A stretch of 64,000 nt of DNA from Candidatus Omnitrophota bacterium. GTDB lineage: Bacteria > Omnitrophota > Gorgyraeia > Gygaellales > Profunditerraquicolaceae. Positions 19,779 to 29,465 of the stretch are shown here, piece after piece (the first letter of the stretch is position 1; each line of letters begins with the position of its first letter). A program made the position numbers and the translations under genes. The notes under the pieces are model-generated. The model saw only the letters and a list, made by a program, of their open reading frames with translations, had not been told where the DNA came from and did not search any database. The stretch lies in NCBI GenBank assembly GCA_040754255.1, contig JBFMDA010000001.1, positions 2,535-66,534 on the forward strand, in the 5' to 3' direction.

Positions 19779-20552
19779 ATGTCCATTCATAAAACCGAAG
19801 CGATAGTACTGAACCGCCGGCCTTTTCGGGAGACATCCCTGATCGCCGACTTTTTTACCCTTGAGTTCGGCAAGATCAACGGCTTATTAAAAGGGATTCG
19901 CACTGAACCGCAGAAGTTCTCAAGCCCCGTAGAGCTATTTTCGCTCAACGAGATTATTTTTTACCGAAGGCAGAATTCCGATATCCAGCTCGTAAGCCAA
20001 TGCGACCTAAAGCACAATTTTGATGCGATCCGCCGCGATGTGACAAAGGTAAGCCTTGCCAGCGTGATGATGGAACTGCTGCAGGCAGTCATGCCCGCGG
20101 AAGAAAAGAACGAAGAGATATTTAAGCTCGCCAGTGCGTCTCTTCAGGAAATGGAATCCTGCGTCAGGCCGGAGAAGATCGCCACTATTTTTAAAATAAA
20201 ACTACTTTCTTTATCCGGCTTTAAGCCCCACCTGGACTCCTGCGTATCCTGCGGCAATAAAATTTTAAGCCAGTCCAAATTCAGCCTTTCACTGGGCGGC
20301 CTCATCTGTGCTACGTGTAACCATAAAGACAAGAATGCCCGCCTTATTTTTCGGGGAACGATTGCCACCATCCTGCATATCGAAAAGAATGAAATGAAAA
20401 ATAATCTCAACCTAGGAATGAATCCCCAGATCAAAACAGAGCTGAACCTGATCCTGAACGCCTTCCTCACTTACCACCTTGAAAGAAGCTTCAAGGCGCA
20501 AAAGGTACTGGACGGGATGCAGAATACTATCGCGCTGCCCTTGCGCACGTAA
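19779..20552 (+). CDS. recO: DNA repair protein RecO
   Basis: N-terminal OB fold (EAIVLNRRPFRETSLI). C-terminal CxxC...CxxC zinc finger. Confidence 0.8.
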   Translation: MSIHKTEAIVLNRRPFRETSLIADFFTLEFGKINGLLKGIRTEPQKFSSPVELFSLNEIIFYRRQNSDIQLVSQCDLKHNFDAIRRDVTKVSLASVMMELLQAVMPAEEKNEEIFKLASASLQEMESCVRPEKIATIFKIKLLSLSGFKPHLDSCVSCGNKILSQSKFSLSLGGLICATCNHKDKNARLIFRGTIATILHIEKNEMKNNLNLGMNPQIKTELNLILNAFLTYHLERSFKAQKVLDGMQNTIALPLRT

Positions 20553-20566
20553 CTCTTATCTTCAAG

Positions 20567-22276
20567 ATGTTAAACCTGACAATCGCCGAAACCTTCAGGA
20601 ATATATCCCAACTGCTTGAAATACGCCAAGACAACCCTTTCCGCATAAGGGCATATGCACGGGCAGCGCAGGCCATCGAGGGGCTCAACGAAGACATCGA
20701 AACCGCCGCACAACAAGATACACTCAGGGAAATCCCCGGCATCGGAGAAGACCTGGAAAGAAAAATCAAAGAATTCATTTCAACGGGGAAAATCAGGGCC
20801 TACGAAGAATTAAAGAAAACATTCCCTGACGGCCTGCTTGAGTTGTTGCGTATCCCTTCAGTAGGGCCGAAGACCGCCAAACTGCTTTACGATGAGCTGC
20901 ATATACACAACGTTGCCGGTTTGGAGTCAGCCATCGCCAAAGGCAAGCTAAAAGGCATATTCGGCATCAAGGAAAAGACCATTGAGAACATCGCTTCTGG
21001 CATAAGGCTCCTTAAGGCCGGTAAAGAACGAATGCCGCTTTCGGTTGCCTGGCAGGCCGCGGAAAGTTTCTTAAAACCGCTTCATGGCTTACCGGGTGTT
21101 AAAAAAATTTCCTGCGCCGGCTCCCTGCGGCGCCAGAGAGAGACAATCAGGGATATAGATATTCTCCTCGCTTCTGAAGCCCCAAAAAAAATCATACGGT
21201 ATTTCACAGGCCTGCCTCAGGTAAAAGAAATTATTGCTTCCGGCAGCACAAAATCATCGGTACGCACGGCCGACGGCATCCAGGTTGATTGCCGCGCCGT
21301 CGTAGGGAAATCATTCGGGGCAGCGCTGCTTTATTTTACAGGCTCAAAAAATTTCAATATCAAATTAAGGCAGATTGCGATACAGAAAGGCTTAAAAATC
21401 AATGAGTACGGCGTATTCAGGGGAAACTCTTTTGTTGCGGGAAGGACGGAAGCTGAAATTTTCAAACTGCTGGGAATGGAATATATTGAGCCGGAGCTAA
21501 GGGAGGATACCGGCGAAATAGCGCTTGCGCAAAAAGGTACACTCCCGAAATTGATAACGCAGGATGATTTAAAGGGGGATTTGCATACGCACTCAAGCTG
21601 GTCTGACGGCAATAACACCATACAAGAGATGGCCCTTGCCGCGGCAAAGCTCGGTTACTCCTATATCGCCATAACAGACCATTCGCAGGGGCTTAAGATT
21701 GCCAACGGCCTTTCCGTAAAAGACCTTTTAAAAAAAAGAAAAGAAATCGAAAAGGTGAATACTGCATTGCGCCGGTGCAGGGTCCTTTACGGGACAGAGG
21801 TCGATATAGACTCACAGGGAAGGCTCGATTATTCCAACGAGACACTCAAGGAATTTGATATTGTCATCGCAGCGATTCACAGCGGTTTTAAACAGTCAAA
21901 AGAGAAGCTTACCCGCAGGATACTGAAAGCCTGCGATAACAAATACGTCAATATTATTTCTCATCCCACCGGCAGGCTCTGGGGGACGCGCGACGCCTAT
22001 GAAATAGATTTTGACGCGGTTCTAACGCGCGCCAAAGAAACCAACACCGCCCTTGAGATCAATTCTTATCCTCTGCGCCTTGACTTAAACGACCTCCATT
22101 GCCGCCGCGCAAAGGAACAGGGAGTAAAGCTGGTGATTAATACCGATTCTCACTCGCTTGAGCATCTCCGCGCAGCTAGATTCGGTGTTGCAGTTGCGCG
22201 CAGAGGGTGGCTTACTGCAAAAGATGTGCTCAATACGTTGCCCCTTGACGCCCTATTGAAAGCGATAAAAAAATGA
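20567..22276 (+). CDS. polX: family X DNA polymerase with C-terminal PHP domain (PolX)
   Basis: HhH motifs and a Pol-beta-like nucleotidyltransferase (GSLRRQRETIRDIDIL). PHP domain HTHSSWSDG. 569 aa. Confidence 0.8.
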   Translation: MLNLTIAETFRNISQLLEIRQDNPFRIRAYARAAQAIEGLNEDIETAAQQDTLREIPGIGEDLERKIKEFISTGKIRAYEELKKTFPDGLLELLRIPSVGPKTAKLLYDELHIHNVAGLESAIAKGKLKGIFGIKEKTIENIASGIRLLKAGKERMPLSVAWQAAESFLKPLHGLPGVKKISCAGSLRRQRETIRDIDILLASEAPKKIIRYFTGLPQVKEIIASGSTKSSVRTADGIQVDCRAVVGKSFGAALLYFTGSKNFNIKLRQIAIQKGLKINEYGVFRGNSFVAGRTEAEIFKLLGMEYIEPELREDTGEIALAQKGTLPKLITQDDLKGDLHTHSSWSDGNNTIQEMALAAAKLGYSYIAITDHSQGLKIANGLSVKDLLKKRKEIEKVNTALRRCRVLYGTEVDIDSQGRLDYSNETLKEFDIVIAAIHSGFKQSKEKLTRRILKACDNKYVNIISHPTGRLWGTRDAYEIDFDAVLTRAKETNTALEINSYPLRLDLNDLHCRRAKEQGVKLVINTDSHSLEHLRAARFGVAVARRGWLTAKDVLNTLPLDALLKAIKK

Positions 22277-22287
22277 AACAGCCTATT

Positions 22288-22410
22288 CGTTCCGTATTGC
22301 GTATTGCGTATCGCGTATCGCGTTATGCGTCCAGCGTTATGCGCAGGGCGTCTTGCGCATTGCGCAAAAGACCACGCGGAAAACCGGCTACCTCAGCCTT
22401 AACCTTAGCC
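22288..22410. repeat. heptamer-repeat element (GCGTATN)n then (CCTTAAC)n, overlapping the 5' end of apbE
   Basis: CGTATTGCGTATTGCGTATCGCGTATCGCGTTATGCG...CCTCAGCCTTAACCTTAGCC. Confidence 0.75.
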
Positions 22411-23331
22411 TTCTGTTCATCGCTAGTTATTCTATGCGGTTGTCAGCCCCGGCACCTATACAGGGAAACCCGCGTCATGATGGGGACGTTTATCGAGGTA
22501 ATTTCACCGGATGAGCGCTCGTCTGCTATTGCCTTTGAAGAAATAAAACGGATCGAGTCCCTCTTAAGCAAATACGACGAACACAGCGAAATATACAGGC
22601 TCAACAAAAACGGCAAAATAACTGCAAGCCCGGAAACATGGTATATAATGCAAAGGGCCAGGGAATTCTGGAAAAACTCAAACGGCGCATTCGATATAAC
22701 CGTAGGCCCCCTGATGAATGCCTGGGGGTTTACCGACAAGCGATATACGGTCCCCAAGAAACAGGAAATTAAGAAGGCATTAAGGCTTGTAGGAATGGAT
22801 AAAATTATTTTTCATAAAAACAATAATGTGATAGAATTTAGTATTCGCGGCATGTCGGTTGACTTAGGCGCTATCGCCAAAGGTTTTGCTATTGATTCCG
22901 CTATTAAAAAAATAAAGGCTGCGGGCGTAAAAAATTGCTTGATTAATGCAGGCGGAGATATATATTGTGTAGGTAAGAAATTCGGCAGGCCCTGGAAAGT
23001 GGCAGTGCAGAATCCTCGAGGAAGAAGTTTTTTGAGCACCTTGCGCCTGGAAGACAGCGCCATAGCCACTTCGGGGGATTATGAGCAGTATTTTAAGAAT
23101 AAGGAGGAAGTTTTTTCTCACATATTTGACCCCACAACAGGGGCTCCTGCGCAGGCCGGAATAACTTCAGTGACGGTTATTGCACAAGACTGCCTTACTG
23201 CAGATGCGTTGGCTACTTCCGTATTTGTGTTAGGCAGGGAAAAGGGGACAGAGATGATAAAAAAATACCCTCCCGCGAAAGCCTGCATCGTAGAGAGCAA
23301 TAACGAAGGAGAATTGGTAACTGTGCCATGA
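22339..23331 (+). CDS. apbE: FAD:protein FMN transferase (ApbE family), probable lipoprotein
   Basis: ApbE core from MMGTFIEVISPD at 22477. The in-frame upstream Met at 22339 gives a basic n-region, a hydrophobic h-region and a CGC lipobox-like signal. The ORF-track start at 22273 reads through the repeat. Alternative start 22477. Confidence 0.7.
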   Translation: MRRASCALRKRPRGKPATSALTLAFCSSLVILCGCQPRHLYRETRVMMGTFIEVISPDERSSAIAFEEIKRIESLLSKYDEHSEIYRLNKNGKITASPETWYIMQRAREFWKNSNGAFDITVGPLMNAWGFTDKRYTVPKKQEIKKALRLVGMDKIIFHKNNNVIEFSIRGMSVDLGAIAKGFAIDSAIKKIKAAGVKNCLINAGGDIYCVGKKFGRPWKVAVQNPRGRSFLSTLRLEDSAIATSGDYEQYFKNKEEVFSHIFDPTTGAPAQAGITSVTVIAQDCLTADALATSVFVLGREKGTEMIKKYPPAKACIVESNNEGELVTVP

Positions 23332-24731
23332 AAAACGGTATGAAAAAAAGCAATGTCGACATATTTGCGTTGTTCCTTCCGGAAATAAAGCAACTGCTTT
23401 CCAAGAAGGACTTCAACGGCCTTAAGCTGGTACTTAAAACAATGCGCTCCATTGACCTGGCTGAAGGGTGGCGGCACCTTGAGGCAAATGACAAGATCCT
23501 GGTCTTTAAGCTCTTGAGTTCCAGGAAAGCCATAGAGGTATTTGAAGCCCTTCCGTTTTCCGAACAGTCATTCATTTTAAACAACCTCAATAACGCGGAG
23601 ATTTCACAGATTATTAACGAAATGTCTCCTGACGAAAGAGCCGACCTTTTCAAGGAGCTGCCTGATAAGGCGTCAAAAAAATTATTCAACCTGGTCAATA
23701 AAGAAGAGGCACAGGACTTGCGTGAATTACTGGTGTATCCCGAGGGGACTGCGGGCAGTTTGATGACCACAGACATGGTCGAATTGAAAAAAGATATGAC
23801 TGCCAGGCAAGCTATCCTCTCTATCCAGGAAAACCTGAGGACTGAATACGCAAGCGACATCTATTCCGTATTTGTAACTGACGAAGGCCATAAACTAAGA
23901 GGCTGTATCGCGCTGCAGGATTTATTAAAGGCTCCTCCTGATATTGCAATAAAAGAGATTATGCAAAGCGCCGACCTGATCAAAGTGAACGCCGATACCG
24001 ATATTATTGAAGTTGCGCGCTATTTCAAAAAATATGACCTGCTCGATGCGCCCGTAGTTGATACCAACGACGTCCTGGTAGGGCTTATTACCATTGATGA
24101 CGTAGTCGATATCATGGAAAAGGAAACTACCAAGGATATATACGAAATCGGCAAGATGGATGCCAAGGGCGGCCAGATTATCAGTTATGCGCGAGCCACC
24201 ACCGCTGAATTGGTAAAAAGGCGGGCAGGATGGCTGATACTGCTGTTGATTTTCGATTTCATGACCGGTACAGTGTTAAAGTCATTTGAACATACGTTAA
24301 GCTCTGTCGTAGCCTTGGCATTTTTTATCCCTATGTTATTGGACACCGGCGGAAATGCCGGGGCACAGACTTCAATCACGATTATAAGGGGGTTAGCGAC
24401 TGGTGATGTGAATTTCAAGAATGTGTTTAAGGTTATCAAGCTTGAGTTTAGCGCAGCCATCCTGATGGGCCTGGTCGTAGGGACTGTCGCCTTCGGCAGG
24501 GCATTCCTGCTGCAAAAAGACTTTGCGCTTTCCATAGTCGTCGGCTTAAGCATGCTTTTCATCGCCATACTCGCTATCGCCACAGGGACATTTCTTCCGC
24601 TTTTTTCCAAAAAAGTCGGCCTCGACCCTGCGGTTCTGGCAGGCCCGATTACCACAAGCGTGGTTGATGTGTGCGGGTTAATAATTTATTTCAAAATAGC
24701 CCAGATGTTTATTCCTGCGCTGCACTTCTAG
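23328..24731 (+). CDS. mgtE: magnesium transporter MgtE
   Basis: N-terminal MgtE_N domain, tandem CBS, C-terminal 5-TM channel (GNAGAQ). Confidence 0.85.
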   Translation: MKNGMKKSNVDIFALFLPEIKQLLSKKDFNGLKLVLKTMRSIDLAEGWRHLEANDKILVFKLLSSRKAIEVFEALPFSEQSFILNNLNNAEISQIINEMSPDERADLFKELPDKASKKLFNLVNKEEAQDLRELLVYPEGTAGSLMTTDMVELKKDMTARQAILSIQENLRTEYASDIYSVFVTDEGHKLRGCIALQDLLKAPPDIAIKEIMQSADLIKVNADTDIIEVARYFKKYDLLDAPVVDTNDVLVGLITIDDVVDIMEKETTKDIYEIGKMDAKGGQIISYARATTAELVKRRAGWLILLLIFDFMTGTVLKSFEHTLSSVVALAFFIPMLLDTGGNAGAQTSITIIRGLATGDVNFKNVFKVIKLEFSAAILMGLVVGTVAFGRAFLLQKDFALSIVVGLSMLFIAILAIATGTFLPLFSKKVGLDPAVLAGPITTSVVDVCGLIIYFKIAQMFIPALHF

Positions 24732-24753
24732 CTTCACGAAACCATCCTTTATC

Positions 24754-25593
24754 ATGAAGTTGACAATTAAAGAAATCCGGAATAAAAAGAACGATAAAGA
24801 AAAAATCGCCTGCCTCACCGCGTATGATTTTCCGTTCGCCAGCCTGGTGGATCAGGCAGGCATCGATATAATCATTGTGGGCGATTCCCTTGCCAATGTG
24901 GTGCTTGGGCTTGAGTCAACCAAAGACATAGGGATAGAAGAAGTACTCTATCACACCAAAGCAGTCACCCGCGCCGCTACGCGTGCGCTGGTAATCGCTG
25001 ACATGCCTTTCTCGGCATACCAGACCGAACCGGATAAGGCGCAAGGAAACGCCAAACGGCTGACAGAAGAAGGGGGCTGCGATGCGGTTAAGGTAGAGTG
25101 GTTTGACCTCTGCATCAATGTGACACGAGCAATTATCAATTCAGGCATTCCGGTAATGGGCCATATCGGCCTTACCCCCCAGACTGCGGATAAAATCGGC
25201 GGATTTAAAGTGCAAGGCAAAGACGCTGAGCGCGCAACAGAGCTCCTTACACAGGCAAAGCTCTTTGAAGAGGCCGGCTGTTTTTCGATTGTGCTTGAAT
25301 GTGTCCCCGATAAAATCGCAGGGCTCATCACGGAAAAACTCTCTATTCCTACTATCGGTATCGGTGCAGGGCCCCATTGCGACGGCCAGGTCCTGGTGCT
25401 GCATGATATACTCGGGTTATCAAAAGGTTCAAAATTTAAATTCGTCAAGCAATATACTGACGTGTCAGCCGTTGTGCAGGAAGCAATCGCACGCTACAAG
25501 AACGAGGTGTTGAACGGTTCATTCCCCGATAATGCGCACAGTTTTTCGATTTCGCCCGAAGAATTTACAAAACTAAAAAACTCCTTCTTCTGA
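24754..25593 (+). CDS. panB: 3-methyl-2-oxobutanoate hydroxymethyltransferase
   Basis: CLTAYDFPFASL, VGDSLANVVLG and HIGLTPQ motifs. Confidence 0.85.
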   Translation: MKLTIKEIRNKKNDKEKIACLTAYDFPFASLVDQAGIDIIIVGDSLANVVLGLESTKDIGIEEVLYHTKAVTRAATRALVIADMPFSAYQTEPDKAQGNAKRLTEEGGCDAVKVEWFDLCINVTRAIINSGIPVMGHIGLTPQTADKIGGFKVQGKDAERATELLTQAKLFEEAGCFSIVLECVPDKIAGLITEKLSIPTIGIGAGPHCDGQVLVLHDILGLSKGSKFKFVKQYTDVSAVVQEAIARYKNEVLNGSFPDNAHSFSISPEEFTKLKNSFF

Positions 25594-26318
25594 TGAAAAA
25601 GAAATACGCTAGATTTTTGCCGTGGATAGTGGTGTGGGGCGCAGCTATCCTTGTGATCACCACCTTCGGCAAGCCCTACGTGTTAAAAACCTATGTTGAA
25701 ATGGGTATCGGCACCTGCAATAAAATCCCGGTCTTATGCATTGTGCCGACAAAAGGGTTTACCAATCCTGCCGTTGACAAAAGCTATATCGCGGGGCTTG
25801 CAAGATACTCAATAGAGGAAATCGAAATCGCCCTTCCCAAAGATTTTTTCGTAATCAAAGAACAAATTTACAGGGCCTATTACAAAAAACGCAAGCGCAC
25901 CGAAAAAGACCCCGTCGCCTACCTGTTGTATCAGAAGCCGGATTTTTTCCAGTCGCTTTTCCCGCAGCTTAAGAAACTGAATCTCAGGAACAATTACGAT
26001 TTCTTAAACCGCATCCTTAACGCAAGGACTTCCGATATCAAAGACCTGCCCAGCACGCTCTTTGTGATACTGAAAAGTATTTTTACGCCCGACGTCGGAC
26101 CGGGCAGCGACATAAAAATCGCCCGGTTTAGCATGGCGGACAAAAGAGGGTTCATTACCTACAACTATACAAAAGAAGGCAATTACTTCAATTGCGATAT
26201 CGTAAACGGCAATCAGGAATTTTTCAAGGTATACCTCAAAGACAAGCAGAAAAAGCTGGATATAGATAAGGTACTTGCAATTATTTCTACGCTGCGTAGG
26301 AATAGCGAGAGAGGCTAA
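25593..26318 (+). CDS. hypothetical membrane-anchored protein
   Basis: Long ORF with an N-terminal TM segment. No recognisable domain. Confidence 0.4.
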   Translation: MKKKYARFLPWIVVWGAAILVITTFGKPYVLKTYVEMGIGTCNKIPVLCIVPTKGFTNPAVDKSYIAGLARYSIEEIEIALPKDFFVIKEQIYRAYYKKRKRTEKDPVAYLLYQKPDFFQSLFPQLKKLNLRNNYDFLNRILNARTSDIKDLPSTLFVILKSIFTPDVGPGSDIKIARFSMADKRGFITYNYTKEGNYFNCDIVNGNQEFFKVYLKDKQKKLDIDKVLAIISTLRRNSERG

Positions 26319-26527
26319 GGTCAAGGCTAAGATTAAGGTTGAGGGGGTAAAGGTAAGGTTAATGGTTTAGTTATTGGTGTAAGGTTGTTGGTGTGCGTGT
26401 TTTTACACCATCTACCTTCCCCCATCCACCAAACCAATGACCTAACCCACCACCCACACAACAAGAGTGTTATGCGTTCCGCGGTAAAGGCCGTACGCAC
26501 TACGCTATACGCAATACGCACTACGAA
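26319..26527. repeat. composite heptamer-repeat element in flipped orientation: (GGTYAAG)n, palindromic core, then (TACGCNA)n
   Basis: GGTCAAGGCTAAGATTAAGGTTGAGGGGGTAAAGGTAAGGTTAATGG ... GCCGTACGCACTACGCTATACGCAATACGCACTACGAAAAC. Core is the reverse complement of 19560..19640. Confidence 0.85.
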
Positions 26528-26595
26528 AACTATAGCGATTTTTTGTAATTTATGATAGAATACTACTTCGTGTTTATCCCTAAAAAGGAGATGCC

Positions 26596-27996
26596 ATGCT
26601 GACTCGGCACGATATACCGGAAAGAAGAAAAGACTACAGGCTCTATTCCCGTATACACGTCAAATTTGCATTCCAGAACGCCCAGGATAACGCAAAGAGG
26701 GAAAAGAATCTCCTTGCCACAAATATCAATACAGGAGGGATTTACCTGGAGAGCGAAGAGATATTTCCCCTGAATATGGAGGCAACGGTCAGTTTTCGCC
26801 TCCCTAAGAGCGAGACTACTGTCCAGGCCGCAATCAAGATCGCCCGGATTGAGGCCCTTGATGAAGGCAGGTCATTCGGCTTAGGCTGCGTATTCACCAA
26901 ACTCGACGACACGCACAAGCAGGAAATCCAGCAGCTGATCGAAAAGTTCAATATCGGCAAATTGCTGGAGTTGGCTATCAAACGAGGCGCTTCCGATCTC
27001 CACGTACTCGCAGACCATGTGCCTGTCTTGCGGGTAAACGGGGCACTGGAAGAAGTAGATGGACCAAGCCTCACCTCTGAAGAGATTCCGCAGCTACTTT
27101 TCAGCCTGATGACCAAACAACAGATAAGGCGTTTCGAAAAAGAGAAAGAGCTGGATTTCGGCATTCAATACGATGTCCGCAACCGCTTCAGGGTCAACAT
27201 ACACCAGCAACGGGGGTTCCTGGAGGCGACACTCAGGCTTATCAATACCAAGGTTTCTTCGTTCGAAGAACTCAACATTCCCGACGTCGTCAAGGACCTG
27301 GCAAGGCAAAGAGACGGCTTAATACTATTGGTAGGCCCCACAGGAAGCGGTAAAACGACCACTATGTCGGCGATGGTTGAGCTTATTAACCGGGAAAAAC
27401 GGGCGGTTATTATCACGCTTGAGCGCCCCATCGAATACGTGCATCCGAACATCAAGAGCATTATCAAACAGCGCGAAGTCGGCGTTGATACGAACTCCTT
27501 TTCCGCCGCCATCAAAAGCAGCCTCAAGCAGGACCCCAATATCATAGTCATCGGAGAGCTCGAGGATGCCGATTCAGTAAGGACCGCGCTTATCGCCGCT
27601 GAAGCCGGTTATTTAGTCATCGCATCGTTCCATTCGCCGAATACCATGCAGGCGATCGACCGGTTAGTCAGCTTTTTCCCGCTTGAGGCAAGGAAACAGG
27701 CCCTCTCGCAGCTGTCAAACTGCCTGAAGGGGATAATCTCGCACCTCTTAATACCGCGTAAAGACCGCAACGGCAGGCTTCTGGCTACCGAAATCATTGT
27801 TGCCAATGATGCGGTAAAAAGGATCATCCGCAAGGACGAGCTTTTCCAGCTGCCGACCATTATCCAGACCAGCGGCGCATACCGCATGCAGTCAATGGCA
27901 GACTCGATACGAAGGTACCTTGAAATGGATATTATTGATTCCGAAGCAGCGATGTTTTATTCGGAAGAATTCAATAAATACGGGCAGACAAAATAA
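26596..27996 (+). CDS. PilZ-domain / PilT-type type IV pilus retraction ATPase fusion
   Basis: N-terminal PilZ (RRKDYR ... NINTGGIY). C-terminal PilT/PilU ATPase (LLVGPTGSGKTTT Walker A). 466 aa versus about 345 for PilT alone. Confidence 0.75.
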   Translation: MLTRHDIPERRKDYRLYSRIHVKFAFQNAQDNAKREKNLLATNINTGGIYLESEEIFPLNMEATVSFRLPKSETTVQAAIKIARIEALDEGRSFGLGCVFTKLDDTHKQEIQQLIEKFNIGKLLELAIKRGASDLHVLADHVPVLRVNGALEEVDGPSLTSEEIPQLLFSLMTKQQIRRFEKEKELDFGIQYDVRNRFRVNIHQQRGFLEATLRLINTKVSSFEELNIPDVVKDLARQRDGLILLVGPTGSGKTTTMSAMVELINREKRAVIITLERPIEYVHPNIKSIIKQREVGVDTNSFSAAIKSSLKQDPNIIVIGELEDADSVRTALIAAEAGYLVIASFHSPNTMQAIDRLVSFFPLEARKQALSQLSNCLKGIISHLLIPRKDRNGRLLATEIIVANDAVKRIIRKDELFQLPTIIQTSGAYRMQSMADSIRRYLEMDIIDSEAAMFYSEEFNKYGQTK

Positions 27997-27997
27997 T

Positions 27998-29302
27998 ATG
28001 GCTGATGTAATGGATAAGATTGTTTCACTGTGCAAGCGCCGGGGATTTATCTTTCAGGGAAGCGACATCTACGGCGGGCTCGCCAATACCTGGGATTACG
28101 GCCCTTACGGTGTTGAGCTTAAGAACAACGTAAAGCGTGCCTGGTGGAAGGCAAACGTGTATGAGCGCGACGACATATTGGGCATGGACGCCTCAATCCT
28201 TATGCATCCGAAGGTCTGGGAAGCGTCCGGCCACGTGAAGAACTTTTTTGACCTCAAGCGCGACTGTAAATCCTGCAAAAAAAGGTTCAAGGACGCTGAC
28301 CTTAAGAATAAAAACAAGTGCCCCGAATGTGGGGGAGAGCTTACCGAAAGCAGGCCTTTTAACCTGATGTTTGAAACGCACGCAGGCGCAGTATCTGATG
28401 AAGCAAGCCTTATTTACTTAAGGCCGGAAACCGCGCAGGGGATGTTTGTTAATTTCTTAAATATCCTTGATTCCAGGCACCCGAAACTGCCATTCGGCCT
28501 GGCACAGATAGGGAAGGCATTTCGCAACGAAATCACGCCCGGCAACCTCACTTTTAGGACGCGGGAATTCGAACAGATGGAGATAGAGTATTTCGTAAGG
28601 CCTGAGGATGCGGATAAAAAACTACAAGAATGGATTGAACTGCATTTTGAATGGTACTTAAACTACGGAATTAAAAAGGAGAACTTAAGGAAACGGCCGC
28701 ATGGCCCTGAGGAGCTGGCACATTACGCAAGAGCGTGCACTGATATCGAATACAATTTTCCGTTCGGCTGGTCCGAGCTTGAAGGGATTGCCAACCGCAC
28801 TGATTTTGATTTAAAACAACATGCCGAATCCAGCGGCCAGGATTTGAGGTATTTTGACGATAAGGCCAAGGAACGTTTTTATCCCTACATCATTGAGCCT
28901 TCCGGCGGCGTTGACAGGACAGTGCTGGCATTTTTAGTCGATGCCTATCACGAAGAACAGGTCAAAGATGACACACGCGTAGTGCTTGCGCTGGATAAAG
29001 GCCTTGCCCCCGTAAAAGCGGCAGTGCTGCCCCTTTTAAAAAACAGGCCCGAGATCGTCGAGTTGGCGCGCGCAATCTCCAAAGACCTGAAACAACATAT
29101 GGTTGCGGTGTATGACGATACTGCTGCCATAGGAAAGCTCTACCGCCGGCAGGACGAAGTGGGAACACCATTCTGTGTCACGATAGACGTGCAGTCTCTT
29201 GAAGACAAAAAGGCCACTGTCCGCGACCGCGATTCGATGCAGCAGGAGCGGATCAGCGCAGATTCGTTAAAAGACTACTTGTTACAGAAACTGAACGGAT
29301 AG
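27998..29302 (+). CDS. glyQS: glycine--tRNA ligase, alpha2 homodimeric type
   Basis: MADVMDKIVSLCKRRGFIFQGSDIYGG N-terminus. Class II motifs. Start moved to the ATG at 27998, just after the upstream stop. Confidence 0.85.
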   Translation: MADVMDKIVSLCKRRGFIFQGSDIYGGLANTWDYGPYGVELKNNVKRAWWKANVYERDDILGMDASILMHPKVWEASGHVKNFFDLKRDCKSCKKRFKDADLKNKNKCPECGGELTESRPFNLMFETHAGAVSDEASLIYLRPETAQGMFVNFLNILDSRHPKLPFGLAQIGKAFRNEITPGNLTFRTREFEQMEIEYFVRPEDADKKLQEWIELHFEWYLNYGIKKENLRKRPHGPEELAHYARACTDIEYNFPFGWSELEGIANRTDFDLKQHAESSGQDLRYFDDKAKERFYPYIIEPSGGVDRTVLAFLVDAYHEEQVKDDTRVVLALDKGLAPVKAAVLPLLKNRPEIVELARAISKDLKQHMVAVYDDTAAIGKLYRRQDEVGTPFCVTIDVQSLEDKKATVRDRDSMQQERISADSLKDYLLQKLNG

Positions 29303-29458
29303 TAGTTGAAATTAAGGTTAAGGGGCAAAGGTAAGGTTGATGGTTTAGTTATTGGAGTAAGGTTGTTGGTGTTTTTACACCATCTACCTTACCCATTCAC
29401 CACACCAATAACCTAACCCTCACCAAATACTCTATACACAATACGAAAGGAAGGGCTA
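29303..29458. repeat. composite heptamer-repeat element: (GGTTAAG)n, core hairpin GGTGTTTTTACACC, then degenerate TACGCAA/TACGAAA units
   Basis: Direct reading. Same orientation as the 26319 copy. Ends ATACGAAAGGAAGGG upstream of the ppdK ATG. Confidence 0.8.
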
Positions 29459-29465
29459 ACGAGCA

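Noticed and set aside
23213-23860. 215-aa minus-strand ORF across the apbE/mgtE junction
   Set aside because: It is antisense to the conserved MgtE N-terminus. Low-complexity Ser/Leu-rich translation is characteristic of a non-coding frame.
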